Shown: piece by piece, positions 14,270-26,072 of the stretch
Numbering within the stretch: the stretch's first letter is position 1
Layout: every line of letters starts with the position of its first letter
From: Bispira polyomma
Lineage: Eukaryota
Length of the DNA stretch: 64,000 nt
Assembly (NCBI GenBank): GCA_965649765.1
Contig: OZ287753.1
Coordinates: 47,120,001 to 47,184,000 of the forward strand
Direction: 5' to 3'
Made by a program: the position numbers and the translations under genes
The notes under the pieces: generated by a model
Database searches by the model: none
Seen by the model: only the letters and a program-made list of their open reading frames with translations
What the model was told of the DNA's origin: nothing

Positions 14270-14755
14270 TGAGATTGGGGTGTTCGAGGCGATAAAATCA
14301 ATAAATTTAATTTTTTGGCCCAGAAAATGAAAGTGTGGGGGGACCTTCCAGATCGAAATGATTGTGTCCCGTTTTAAGAGGACACCGATCACAATCAACC
14401 TTAAAACGAACCAGGCCTCTCCGATCCAGTTAGGATAGAGTTTATTGGCAATAGGATCTGGTCTATCACATTAGGATCGACCATATCGGCGATAGGATCT
14501 CCTGGATCTGTACTTCGTCTCTCAGGATCAAAGTTCTAATAATCAAGGTCGGGACTGCTATGCTAAGATGACTGACAAAATGGTGTTATATTCTTCCACA
14601 CCACCCTGTTTGCCCCGTTTTCACCCCGACCTACACGTTCGAACTGGCCAGTGTTAGGACAGGCCTGGAGTAAGACCTATCAGACAGAAAGTACTGACAA
14701 TCTGATCAAACTTATTCGGCAATACTGACCTTCCCATTTTTTGGGTCCAAGGGGT
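14270..14755 (+). mobile_element. MITE family B, diverged internal fragment
   Basis: Colinear similarity to 11060-11700 (aaaatcaataaa, accttcc.gatcgaa, taggatc repeats, ttaggacaggcctggag). Confidence 0.75.
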
Positions 14756-15888
14756 GCATAAGGTCACCATAAATGGAGTTTACGGTAACTGTAAATTGAG
14801 GGGAGGAATTTAGATTGAGCTTATCATAAGTTAAGTTATTGAAATGAGTTTAAGGTTGATTATATTTTACATTTAAATATAATTTTAAATTTTGAAGTTC
14901 TATGGATGAGTACATTATGTACTACCCAATGTAGGGTAAACTTATGCCCCAAGACCATATAATTTTTTTGGTTTGATATTTAACTATTTTAATGTAATAA
15001 TACTTGTATATATTTCATTTTAAATACATTTAACATGAGATGTCCCAGTCCACTACGTAGAAATTAAAAACAAAGTATATATATCTATAAAGTAAAATAG
15101 TTGTAAAAGGTGGTTAAAAAGCATAAAAGAAGATTTTTATTGCTCTAACAGCTGTCGTCTCGCCACAGTAAGCATGGCTTATCATATGTTGTTCTGTCTG
15201 TTCAATATGTCAGTCATTAAATGTTTCATGTTGTGGACAGAAGGATAAAAACCCACAATCGTTTGATGTCGTGATAAATGACAGAGAAAGTTTGATGTAA
15301 TGATCTCCCAGTTGTGTTAAAATCACTTAAAACACTTTCTGGATTTCAAAAAAAAAAAGCTTAAAACCCATCTATTCAAACTTGCCTACCCCATAGTTGC
15401 CTCCCTGCACACCCCCACATCCTTGCTTATGTTTTTTGACTTTGTTTTTACCTTTGCATTTTATTGTATCTAACATTTATCTATTGAATATTTTGCATTT
15501 TATTGTATTTTGACATTAACATTCAATTTATTATTATATACTAGTATTGTAGTATAAATTTTGAATGCTCACTATTGATGCTAGTAATAAAAAGATTACC
15601 CTGTTATCCCCAGGGTAGTCGGAAAAATGAAAAGCTTTGAGGGATGTAAGAATAAATTAATTGCAGTACAGTCACATAGCATAAAACTTGTAAACAACTT
15701 AGAGCCACATAATAGCTATGGTGTAACATGAGTGAAACATTGATTTTACAAATATCACCACTTCTTGTAAAAGTGCCATTTCTCAATGGTGAGTTGGTGA
15801 TATCAAAGTTTTACCCATATAATTAATGACCTTGTATTTATTAGTAAGTATTAGTAATAATGGTAAAAGCATATTATTTTTCTCTTTA

Positions 15889-16193
15889 GCCTGGGTTTCC
15901 TTACAGCAGTCACCGACGTCGGCCGATTTATTAAAATCCGAGCTGAGCCAACATCAGCCGATGTAATGCTTCCTTTCATCCAATGTTTACTATGTAAAAT
16001 AGTGTGAGAATTTTTTTTCCCCCTTAAATTTTGTTTAAAAATCGGACAGACCTCCCAAGAGACGTCTGTCGACATCTGATCTGCTGCAAATGTGGTGAAA
16101 GGAAGCACTTGGTAATATGAAGTCATGAACAATAAAATTGCCCGATATTGGCCGACGTGAGCCGAGAAAAACATGCTAAAAGGAAGCCGAGAC
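15889..16193 (-). mobile_element. MITE family A, 305-bp diverged copy
   Basis: gcctgggtttccttacagca ... tgctaaaaggaagccgagac, tta on both flanks (TSD), gacgtcggccgat motifs. Confidence 0.8.
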
Positions 16194-16958
16194 TTAGTCT
16201 GTTCACTCTAATGTGTCTTTTACATGTATAACTGATGAATTCTTCGTTAGTTACTTATTTTTTCATAAAACGACAGCTTTTCCTAGCTGATTTTTTATAA
16301 AACAATAGTGCAATAACCAGCCAAAATAAAAGTCCCTATTTACCAAATCTATTGGTGTTTAGTGTCAGCCTTGTAACGCCGGATGAACTGACATATGTAT
16401 AAAAAGTTTTTGCTTGTTTATTTAATTGTCTGAGAGGGGGAGAGGGTTTGTGTTTTCTTTCAAACAGTATGTTTTTAGAGAATTTTTTTTACGAAAAAAG
16501 GGTCCTGACTTTTCCACACTGGAAAGAGTTCCTTTTAACTCCTCTGCACACATTTCCGTTTGGTATTGTATTCAGATTGATACTGGCCCCTGCACATCCT
16601 TTGTAGTCTAGGATTTAAAGTGCTTACCGTATTTGGAGACACACATGGAGCTGCAAAGAACATTCTTATATTTATTATTATTAAAGCATTTCTGTGGCAC
16701 CCTATTGATATACCATCAGTTCTCTGAAAGGAGAGTCCTACAACATAGCCTGATATCATCAGTGGTCACATCTTGTTCAGGGATGGTAGCCCAGAATGAA
16801 CCTTGCCCCCCCCCCCCCCCCCCCCATAGGGTTAAGAATGATTATTGATTAAAGCCCTAAGGTTCTTACTCCACTATAGAGGATCAAATTCACACTAATG
16901 ACACTATGTATCTGTCTGTACCTGGCACCAAACCTAGGTCTTTTGTGAGTCACTGTAA

Positions 16959-17508
16959 TACCCTGTTCACACTGTCCGCGTTCTCTAACAAGCTCTTTAC
17001 CCGTTCTGAGAACTTGTTAGAACTTAAACAAACATCTGAGAACTGGTCAAAAACGGGTGTAGAACTGGGGCGGACTGGGGCGAACGGCAAGAACTACAGC
17101 CGGAAATTTTGAACATGTTCAAAACTTCTACAGCCGGAAATTTTGGACATGTTCAAAACTTCCTTGGGAGGACGGCTCTGAAAACACATCTTGAAAGAAC
17201 TTGAGAGGACTTAAGAAAACGGCAATGCCGGGGCGGTGCTGGGGCGTAAACGGGAGTCAAACTGCTTAGAACTTGTGTAAAACTGCTTAAAACTTGTGTG
17301 ATCTGGCCAGAACTGGAGAGAATTTAAGAAAACGTAACATAACCTTGGCATAAACTGGGGTGAATGGGTCAAAAACGAGGAATGCAAATATATGCAAATG
17401 AGCATTTTCCTGCCTTTTCTCGCAAGTTCGGCCAAGTTCAGCCAAGTTCTTCAGGTCTTGAGTAAACGGAGATGATGGGGCGTGAACTTGGATAATGTGA
17501 ATGCACCA
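16959..17508. mobile_element. MITE (Harbinger-like) with internal 34-bp duplication
   Basis: Imperfect TIRs (ttcacactgtcc.cgttc / gaacttggataatgtgaa), taa/tta flanks, near-palindromic ttttgaacatgttcaaaa duplicated at ~17094-17161. Confidence 0.7.
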
Positions 17509-17974
17509 TTAGTGTGTGTTATTTGGCTGCAGTGACAGCGGTTTCGTGCAGATGTAATTCAGATCAACATACACTTTACTTACTGTGTATCAGTTTTATC
17601 TCCAGTATACTGTACCCTGGCCCCAATAACACATCCAATCTCAGATTCTAATGTTGTTGTTTATACGTTTATAGGTTTTTTTTATATGTTTCAGGTCTTT
17701 CACTCTGTTCTCTGAATACCAGAGGATTAATCAGCTTTTAAGAAAACATTTACTATACTGGTGAAGCTTTATCAATTATTCAAGCTAACAACTCGGATTT
17801 TTATCAAGTAGTTGTGACCTTCTCTTCAGCACTGACCACAGCTTGAGTTTTGCCGGTTGTGTTAGGTGCAGTGTATCAATCTTGACCAAAGGAGCTTTTA
17901 CTTTAGATATTAAAGACACAGAAACATAACTAAGTATAAAGTCTCTGAGACTTCTATATACTGACATATACGCA

Positions 17975-18080
17975 CTGGCTATGAGGACCACTTAAAAACT
18001 GTAGTCCTCTGTCATTGAGACCTGTCCCCCAGTGATAGGCTAAAGATCCATCGGGACGTTGATAAATGGTCATCCTCTAT
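17975..18080 (+). mobile_element. SINE fragment, V-domain-like family
   Basis: gaccacttaaaa...gtcctctgtc...taaagatccatcgggacgttgataaatggtcatcctc, matching 52785-52870. Confidence 0.65.
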
Positions 18081-18494
18081 TTTAATAAAATTAGAGTGGC
18101 GACAGTTACTGCTCAGAAGAATTGTTTAGAAGGCATGCTTAAAACCCATTTTAAGTGACCGTCACAACCACTATGTATCTACCTGTAGCTAGTCCCCCTA
18201 CGTTGCCTTCGAACCCAGGTCATGTGTGTTCCAAAGTGAGTATGTTACTAACTAGGCCACACTGGCAGATGACATTCTAATACTACTATTTCTCGGTCCT
18301 CGGTTGTTATGCAAGTTGGGGCTCATTACAAAGAGTTTGAACTAACTTGTGTATCATTAATATTATGTACATTTGGTGTATTGATGTATGGTATTTCCAA
18401 GAAATATGCCACTATTTGCTGGTGAATCAAGTTTAACGAAAACTCAACGACCACTCAGCTATTGACAAAACCACCAATTAAAATGATTGCTAAT

Positions 18495-19087
18495 AGCCCA
18501 GTCACACCTACACGTGCTGGAGATATGTGTGTGTGACGTTTTCAATGGTTTACAAACCTAGTACAGACGTAGTAGAAGGGTAATGCAAAAGTGAGGATCC
18601 TTAGTGCGTTCGTTCCTGGACATTGCTTAACAGATGATACAATTCCGGAAACGTCTCCGTTTGGTCAGCTACCACGATTACTTCAAACTGTTTGAAATAA
18701 TCGTGACAGAGCTCTTCGTTTCTCAAAGATGTCTCCACTCGTCTGTGTAAGTAGCAGTAAGTAGTGATTCATCTCTAATCGTCTGTATTCATCGTGGAAC
18801 GTTTCACTAAGCATCATAATGCACCAGAACGCAGCCGTAAGTAGCAGTACAGTAGCGCTACGTAGTAGTAGGTAGAGATATCCTACCAGTAAAGTCTTTG
18901 TTTTTTCTCCCGCTCTGTGTGTAAAAGCACCAACATCATCACAAAACATCATCAATATCATTACAAAATCTCACAATCGACTGCACCTTCATGGAAATGA
19001 CATCACATTAATACGAACAACTACGTTTTCAGTTTATTTTGATTTGCTATGTTGGGGAAGGTAATCACGTGTAGGTGTGACTGGGCT
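18495..19087. mobile_element. MITE with perfect 22-bp TIRs
   Basis: agcccagtcacacctacacgtg (18495-18516) / cacgtgtaggtgtgactgggct (19066-19087); TA-rich flanks; non-coding interior. Confidence 0.9.
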
Positions 19088-20531
19088 ATAAAGACTGACA
19101 TGATATTTTTTTTAAACAGCTCTGAGCAGCAAGTTGTCACCTGACTACGTCAGGCTGTGGTATTGACCTTTATGTTTTGGTCTGTTGTGATTTGTTTGTT
19201 GTAACGATCCCACCTGTGTAAAGGTTTGTTTGATGTTACATTCTTGTTCTGAGACAATAGCTGAACCTTGTACTATAACGTATTAACCATTAGCCAGACA
19301 AAACAAACCAGGACTAGCTGTAGAAAGTAGTGGCATATCAATGCTATTTTATGACATGCTATAGTTTTCAGTTACCAAAGCGGGCAGTTGCCCCTTTATA
19401 CATGGAATTGCATGCAATTATTTTTGGAAATCTTCTCTAGAAAATCCCCTCAAAATAGTGATGAACTTGGCAGATGTGGTAGTTTAAGATGTAATGGAAA
19501 GTTTTCCACCAGGCCGGTTATAAGTTGAGATCAGCAATATCTCAGAGTTAGCAAGCAGATTAAACTCCTTGAATACAATAAACATCATCTACAGTGTCAT
19601 TTTTCCACCAACTACACCCATTTGTATGATAACAACTGCCAAATAGCACTGATCCTCTGCCCCCCTTTATATTAGATTGGACACATCTAGCAATCCATGC
19701 AGATATCGGCTATACTACTATAGCCAGGCCTATAGATAAACACAAGGGGGGGGGGGGTAAGGCTATCTGCTTTCACATTTGTTTTTTATCTGAGTTAAGA
19801 TGTTGGTTTGACGCCACATCAGAGTGTAGGCCTCCACCTTTCTATAGACCATTTAGATTCTATAGACCATTTGCTACAGAGCTCACACTAAACCTTGTAC
19901 AGTGAACTGGTTAAAGGATGGCTGCACTTGATAAAGATATTACTACTGCAAGATATTCTTCACCAGTTTAATGTAGTAATCAATGATACTAATATACTAA
20001 TAAATTATCCTAAACTAAATGATACTAATAAATGGTACTAATATACTAGTGAGTGATACTGATGTGTATAAAGACACAGCTAATTTTATCAGTATGTATG
20101 TATGCTTTACAATTACCATACGAATTGTCACCGTGAAGAAGATGCTGTGGGTTAATTTATAATCTCATTAGTTTCATGAACCATAAATATGCAAAACTTT
20201 AAACTGTTTATTGCAAATGAATATAACCAGATATTCTGTTTATACAGTTTATGTACAACAGATCTCTGTCAGGTTTAAAACAATAATGTTATTGTCGAAC
20301 TGCAAAAAAAAAAAAACGAGCTTTTAATTATCACAGCAAAAAATTCAGATAATGGCAATAAACCTGTAGTTATACATAAGTTTATACGACACCCATGTAA
20401 AAGTGAGAAAACCAGTATAGTGGTCAGAATGAAATTTGTGCAAAATTAGTAATATCAATTGCAAACTAAAACTGGCATGGCAGCAACAGATTATCACGAC
20501 CAGGTTGTACAATTAATATTTTATATTTCAG

Positions 20532-20565
20532 ATACTTCTCCCTCGATCAAGATCTAATCTACCTG
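20532..20565 (+). other. Candidate small exon (YFSLDQDLIYL)
   Basis: Strong acceptor ttttatatttcag and donor ctg|gtgagt; phase-compatible with the 14105 candidate. Confidence 0.35.
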
Positions 20566-20620
20566 GTGAGTTACATAAACTAAACAAGAACAAAGCCAAC
20601 AGATCCTCACTTCTACTTCA

Positions 20621-20850
20621 TGGCCGTATTCTCCAAACATCAAAACCTCAACTTAGGCTCAAGCCCAAATCTGAGCTTTCATAACACTGGCTGGATTGAA
20701 TTTTAATCAAATCAGACTGAATGTTCGAATTAAGCACTGAAAACTCACTGAAAATTGAAATAAATTGTTACGTATGGCTTATTTCTAAGGATTTCCTAAA
20801 AGTCTATATTTAAAAGTGAGCTTGAGTTTCATTAGCTAATCCTAATCTCA
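20621..20850 (+). mobile_element. MITE family C, degenerate
   Basis: tggccgtattctcc...ctcaacttaggctcaagc...ctggctggattgaa, similar to 60569-60800. Confidence 0.5.
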
Positions 20851-21650
20851 GGAAAGCTTAAAGGCCAGTTGATGGTTCCGATTTGCCACACTGTGTATGT
20901 ATGTATTCCCCCTCCCTCCTACTCGGGAATGGACTTGTCAGCTTTTTGATCCCTGAATGTCATTATAAAATGCTGGGTGAGTTCCCCCCCCCCTCCTATT
21001 TACATTGACACATGAGTTGTATCTGACCACACTATCTCCTGGAACTACTGAAAAGTGTACCAACCAGACATCATTGTCCAAAAACTCTCTACTTCTTTAC
21101 ACAGTAAAGTTTAGGTCCCACATTCACGAATACAAGCTAGAAATGATTCCTAGTAATTCTTAGAACAGGTTATACCAGATCGTCAAAGTTTTTGGATATT
21201 TGGCTTTGATTTGCAAGAGTTTTGAGCCTGTGACCTTCATAGATCAATAGCTGTTCTTTACGACTTTTTGTTAGATCAATCGCCATTATGTGAAAAGCAT
21301 TGTGGAGTATTCTTGTTTATTCATGGGTTTATTTCATGTTTTGTACACATCCAAAATTAGACTCTTAAATCGTGTGAATTTTTTTCCCTCTTGGACAATA
21401 ATACTTTTGTTTATTATTCTTTTCTTCCCGAATAGATGACACTGATTCCGTTCTGGAATGGTCCAAGGTAGTCATGGGTAGACTGAATGTAGAATAGGCA
21501 CTTAAGGCAGAATTGGTTGGGCATTACAAAAAAACATACTTTAACTGTCATAGCACAAATATTTAAAAAGGAAAAATCTAAGGTCACTGTAAGTATTGGA
21601 AGCACAGGTGAGGTAAAGTATTGTGCGAGTCAGTTGACAACATACAGGTG

Positions 21651-22171
21651 TACTAGGGACTTAACCTGTAGATATACAGATGACATATTAAAACTCAGTG
21701 TAGGAATTAGTTCAGAAACCTGCATGTTTACTAGGGACTTAGTCTGTAGATATACAGATGACATATTAAAACTCAGTGTAGGAATTAGTTCAGTAACCTG
21801 CATGTTTACTAGGGACTTAACCTGTAGATATACAGATGACATATTAAAACTCAGTGTAGGAATTAGTTCAGTAACCTGCATGTTTACTAGGGACTTAACC
21901 TGTAGATATACAGATGACGTATTAAAACTCAGTGTAGGAATTAGTTCAGTAACCTGCATGTTTACTAGGGATTTAACCTGTAGATATACAGATGACGTAT
22001 TAAAACTCAGTGTAGGAATTAGTTCAGTAACCTGCATGTTTACTAGGGACTTAACCTGTAGATATACAGATGACGTATTAAAACTCAGTGTAGGAATTAG
22101 TTCAGTAACCTGCATGTTTACTAGGGACTTAACCTGTAGATATACAGATGACATATTAAAACTGCAGGAAT
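21651..22171. repeat. 78-bp minisatellite, ~6.6 near-identical copies
   Basis: Units start 21651, 21729, 21807, 21885, 21963, 22041, 22119; explains the repetitive ORFs on both strands. Confidence 0.97.
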
Positions 22172-24824
22172 TAGTGCAGCACCATAATGGATCACCACTC
22201 AGAAACATCTCACACAAACAATAAGTGATAAATGGGGAGAATGGGAAGATATATTGCACATGTAGCAGCCTTAAGTCCATCAAAGCATTCCTATTGCAAA
22301 ATACCAACTCTGACATCAGAAGTGAGAGTAGTAACATTTCTTGGTGGACTTTAAGAAACACTGAACTCTGGCAAGAGAACTATTTACAGCTATGTGCTTT
22401 CGTCATTCCCTTTAAGACTTTGCATTGCAACAATTCAAGCCTTTATGCCTCTGTGCCTTTAGTTGAAAAAGAAACCATAGATATGTATTAACGTCACTAA
22501 AATGATCATACTGCAACATCCTAAATCTTCATGGTCCATTTTGCCTTAAATTATAATTATTATTAGCAGAATCGACCAAAGTATAACATTTTAACTTATA
22601 TAGTCATCTAATAGACAATTTCTCAGTATTTTATGACGTCACCAGTTTCACGTGACTTTGACCAGGAATGATATCGTTCAAATACTACTGATATTACCAA
22701 ACACAGATTAGCAGGTAAATAATAAATAGATTAATAGTTTATATCAGCTGTAAATTTTAAATTTGATACTAAGACACCAACATTAAAACTAATTTTTATT
22801 TGTTTATCAGTACCAAATAATTTGTTTAATCATGTTTTTGTTTCTGCAGGTCAAATGAACTTGATTTTTTTATGTCTTATGCCCTATAAATCTATAAAAT
22901 TACAACTTTATTCACCCAGGAACATCTGTGTACCCATTTTGGCCCCGAATCTCTAGCTTCTTGTCCTGTATATGACTGGAATGTATTCTAACCATGTTAG
23001 TACCCTTCAAGTGGGTTTAATGCAGAAGTCTTTGATCTGTTTAAAAATAGTAACAGTTTTTTTTAACAACAAATCACTTTGAATTAATGCTCCCATGTAC
23101 AGAGTTTAGAACTCTCCCCTGTATCTGTAAATGTTGTAGTAATAAAGCGTTTTGTTTGTTTTTTAAAGAAGAACCATGCATACTAAGTTTGACTATTTTT
23201 TAACAAGGATTTCATTTCCCCATAGCATGTGTGCAGCTTTGAGTTCATTAGTTTTCATTATATTTATGATAAAATAAGTTTTAAACTTGTTTTGTTAATT
23301 TTAAAATAGCAATAACTTTAACACTTTTAATGACAAACTGGTATGTCCAATTATTTATGCTATTTCCTTAATAATGTGGAAGCAAAGTGAACCTTTTACC
23401 CCAATTTATTTATTAATGCCTCTAACAGACTGCAAAACAATATGTGTAGGCGTGTCGTTATAGAGTCGGTTTTTGTGGCCTTCCCAAGTTGAGTCATATC
23501 ACACCTGTTTCTTTAATGTTCACTTTTTGTCCTTTGTTTTGTTACACTTTCACAAATGTCAGCCACGCCAGTCTATTGATTATTTCAGCGTATAAATACA
23601 ATACACAAAATTGAATACCATTAAATAAGCCAACTCTCCTTAAATTATAGCCTCATAAAGAGGTATTGGTTTACCATATTTCTGATTTATTGTTCGTACA
23701 CCCAGACAGTTCTGTTAGAGGACAAATTAAGTTATACCAAGGGCTGTATTTACTAAAGTGCTTATACTTAGAATAATTCTTATACTTACAATTATGCTTA
23801 TAAATTTTCTTGGACTTTGAATTTTTTCTTATTCTTAGAAATTTTTTTAGAAATGAGCTTTGATTCTAGGAATGGTCAAGACCTTATTTAAGTTGAGAAA
23901 AAGATTATGTATTTCTATTCACAATTCTTAGCTTTGAAAATTCTATCGATTACTTCATTTCTAAATATAAGAATGATTCTTATTCTGTTCCCAAAAACGG
24001 TGACACTGAAAACATCGCTTTTATCAATTGCTTATAATACTAAATAAGTAGGTTGCTGTGGTGATATCTTCCTGGGCATTTTCTCCAGACAAGCATGATT
24101 TAAAGAGTCTTTTGTTTGTTCATAGAATGATAGTGATGTCATAATAAGAACGGTAAACCAACGAATCAGATGCTGCCTGCCTGAAACTGTAACTACATGT
24201 CTTTATCACTAGACAATGACATTCATCGATAGAGAGTCTTATATTAATTAGAGAGTTTCAGCCATAACATTTATGGTGTGAACAATGCCTGTTTATCTGT
24301 AGTTATCTGCAGGACAATACTACAGTGTAATAATTACCCCAGTAACCCCTGCCCTCACTTCTATCACATTCAACAAAACAAGGTCAAATAATGTCGTCTG
24401 GCTAGTGTATCATGTCCAAAATATAGCCCAGATAAATGACATGATTCTATTTACTATGTGGAACATGCTTTTTTAGGTAACATACCAAAAATTTGTATTG
24501 TGCCACATAAATGAGTTTCCTATTGTCTTCTATTTGTTGTTCTAACTTTATAAGATATTCCAGGACATTTGCTGTTTAAAATGATAAGTAGAATAGTTCA
24601 GTGGATAACATGCTCCCTTATGTGTAAAGAAACCCCCCTCCCCTGGAAACCAAGTACTATTGCTTACCTTAGGATTGAAAAAAAGAAAAATCCACATCCA
24701 ACAAGACAATATTTATATATTGAACTTTCTTAAACAACATATAAACTCAGTGGACTGCAGAAAGAGATGTTTTTAGATATATATATATGAAGCTGACAAT
24801 AAGAACAATCCGTACTAAGAGCCT

Positions 24825-26072
24825 TCACACACAGGTGTCTGAGTAACTACTCGATTTGGGTGCCTCCTCGAAGTTACATATGTTAGAGTAGAGGTTGAAG
24901 TAGTGGTGTCCAGGGCAGCCGTTACCATTACCATTGGCTTGATGACCCGTATTCACCTGTGAATGGTGGGAGTGTGACGACTTAGTGAAGGTAAACCTCT
25001 GTACTGGTTGGGGCTGAATGTTACGACAGAGGATCGCTCTCTGAAACCCTCTGCGGAAGTTTGCCGAGAGGAAGGCGTAGATGATGGGATTGACCGCACT
25101 GTTTCCGTAAGAGAGTACATGTGCAAAGAGTCTGATTGAGAGGAACAAGTAGGTGTTGTTGATGGTGTGTGGGTAGAAGTTTGTCCAGATCCACATCACG
25201 TGTATGGGTAGCCAGGACAGACAAAACACAATGACCACCACAATGATGAGTCGGGTTACTTTACGTTTCTTGTTGATGGACTCCTTCATGCGAGGACCTT
25301 CGGGCTGTTTTGTCAGCCACAGCTGTCTGATAATGAGGACACTGAGCACAAAAATGGCCAGAGAGGGCAGGATATAGCCTAAAATAAACAGCATCAGAAA
25401 GTAGATCTTCCTACGTCCTATCAGATTCCAGTCATCGCTACACAATGGGCCAAATCCCTCATACAGTTGAACTTTGTAGACGATTGGCTGTGGTAGTGCT
25501 ATCGCCAAGGCAATCAACCAGATCACACAGGAAGTAATGAAAGCAACGAGAGGTGTACGCAGGTGCTTGGTTTCAAGTGCGTAGCCCACAGCTAAGTAGC
25601 GATCTGCTGCCATGGCCACCAGGGTCAATATGCTTGCAACCATACTAGAATACTGGACTAAATGTACAAATTTACACATGAACGTCCCGAAGGGCCATGG
25701 AATGGTATAGATGATAGCATGGAAAGGTACGCAGAAGACCAGGAACAGTAAGTCTGCTATGGAGAGGTTTAAGATAAAGAGGTTTGTCGTATTCCGGAAA
25801 TGGTCCCTGTTTCTGACCACCACTATAATCACGATAATGTTTCCTATACAACCAAAAAAAACCACAAACGAGTAGATGACTGGCACAATAATGCGTTCTG
25901 GACCTGGTTCCCAGTCCGTCCCAGAATTCTCCATCACTGCACTGAGGTTAGACTGGTAGTCGTCTATTAACTGGTCACTAGGGGTGACCTCAAGGTCAGG
26001 GGTCCACACCTCTGTATTTCCTGTTTGCTCTGATAAAAGCTTCATGGTATCCAGACTCTCATTGACAGACAT
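24825..26072 (-). CDS. Class A neuropeptide GPCR, galanin/allatostatin-A receptor-like (single coding exon, 415 aa)
   Basis: 7 hydrophobic segments; TM1 GN, TM2 NLSIADLLF...VPF, ECL1 WPFG...CK, TM3 DRY, TM6 WLP, TM7 NSAVNPIIYAFLS.NFR; N-glycosylation sequons NES/NLS; motifs TNLFILNL, CVPF and NPIIYAFLSxNFR typical of GalR/AstA-R. Confidence 0.95.
   Translation of the reverse strand: MSVNESLDTMKLLSEQTGNTEVWTPDLEVTPSDQLIDDYQSNLSAVMENSGTDWEPGPERIIVPVIYSFVVFFGCIGNIIVIIVVVRNRDHFRNTTNLFILNLSIADLLFLVFCVPFHAIIYTIPWPFGTFMCKFVHLVQYSSMVASILTLVAMAADRYLAVGYALETKHLRTPLVAFITSCVIWLIALAIALPQPIVYKVQLYEGFGPLCSDDWNLIGRRKIYFLMLFILGYILPSLAIFVLSVLIIRQLWLTKQPEGPRMKESINKKRKVTRLIIVVVIVFCLSWLPIHVMWIWTNFYPHTINNTYLFLSIRLFAHVLSYGNSAVNPIIYAFLSANFRRGFQRAILCRNIQPQPVQRFTFTKSSHSHHSQVNTGHQANGNGNGCPGHHYFNLYSNICNFEEAPKSSSYSDTCV

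Noticed and set aside
21517-22361. 235-aa and 243-aa overlapping ORFs, and possible CRISPR-like array
   Set aside because: Pure 78-bp tandem repeat with no unique spacers; eukaryotic context, no cas genes
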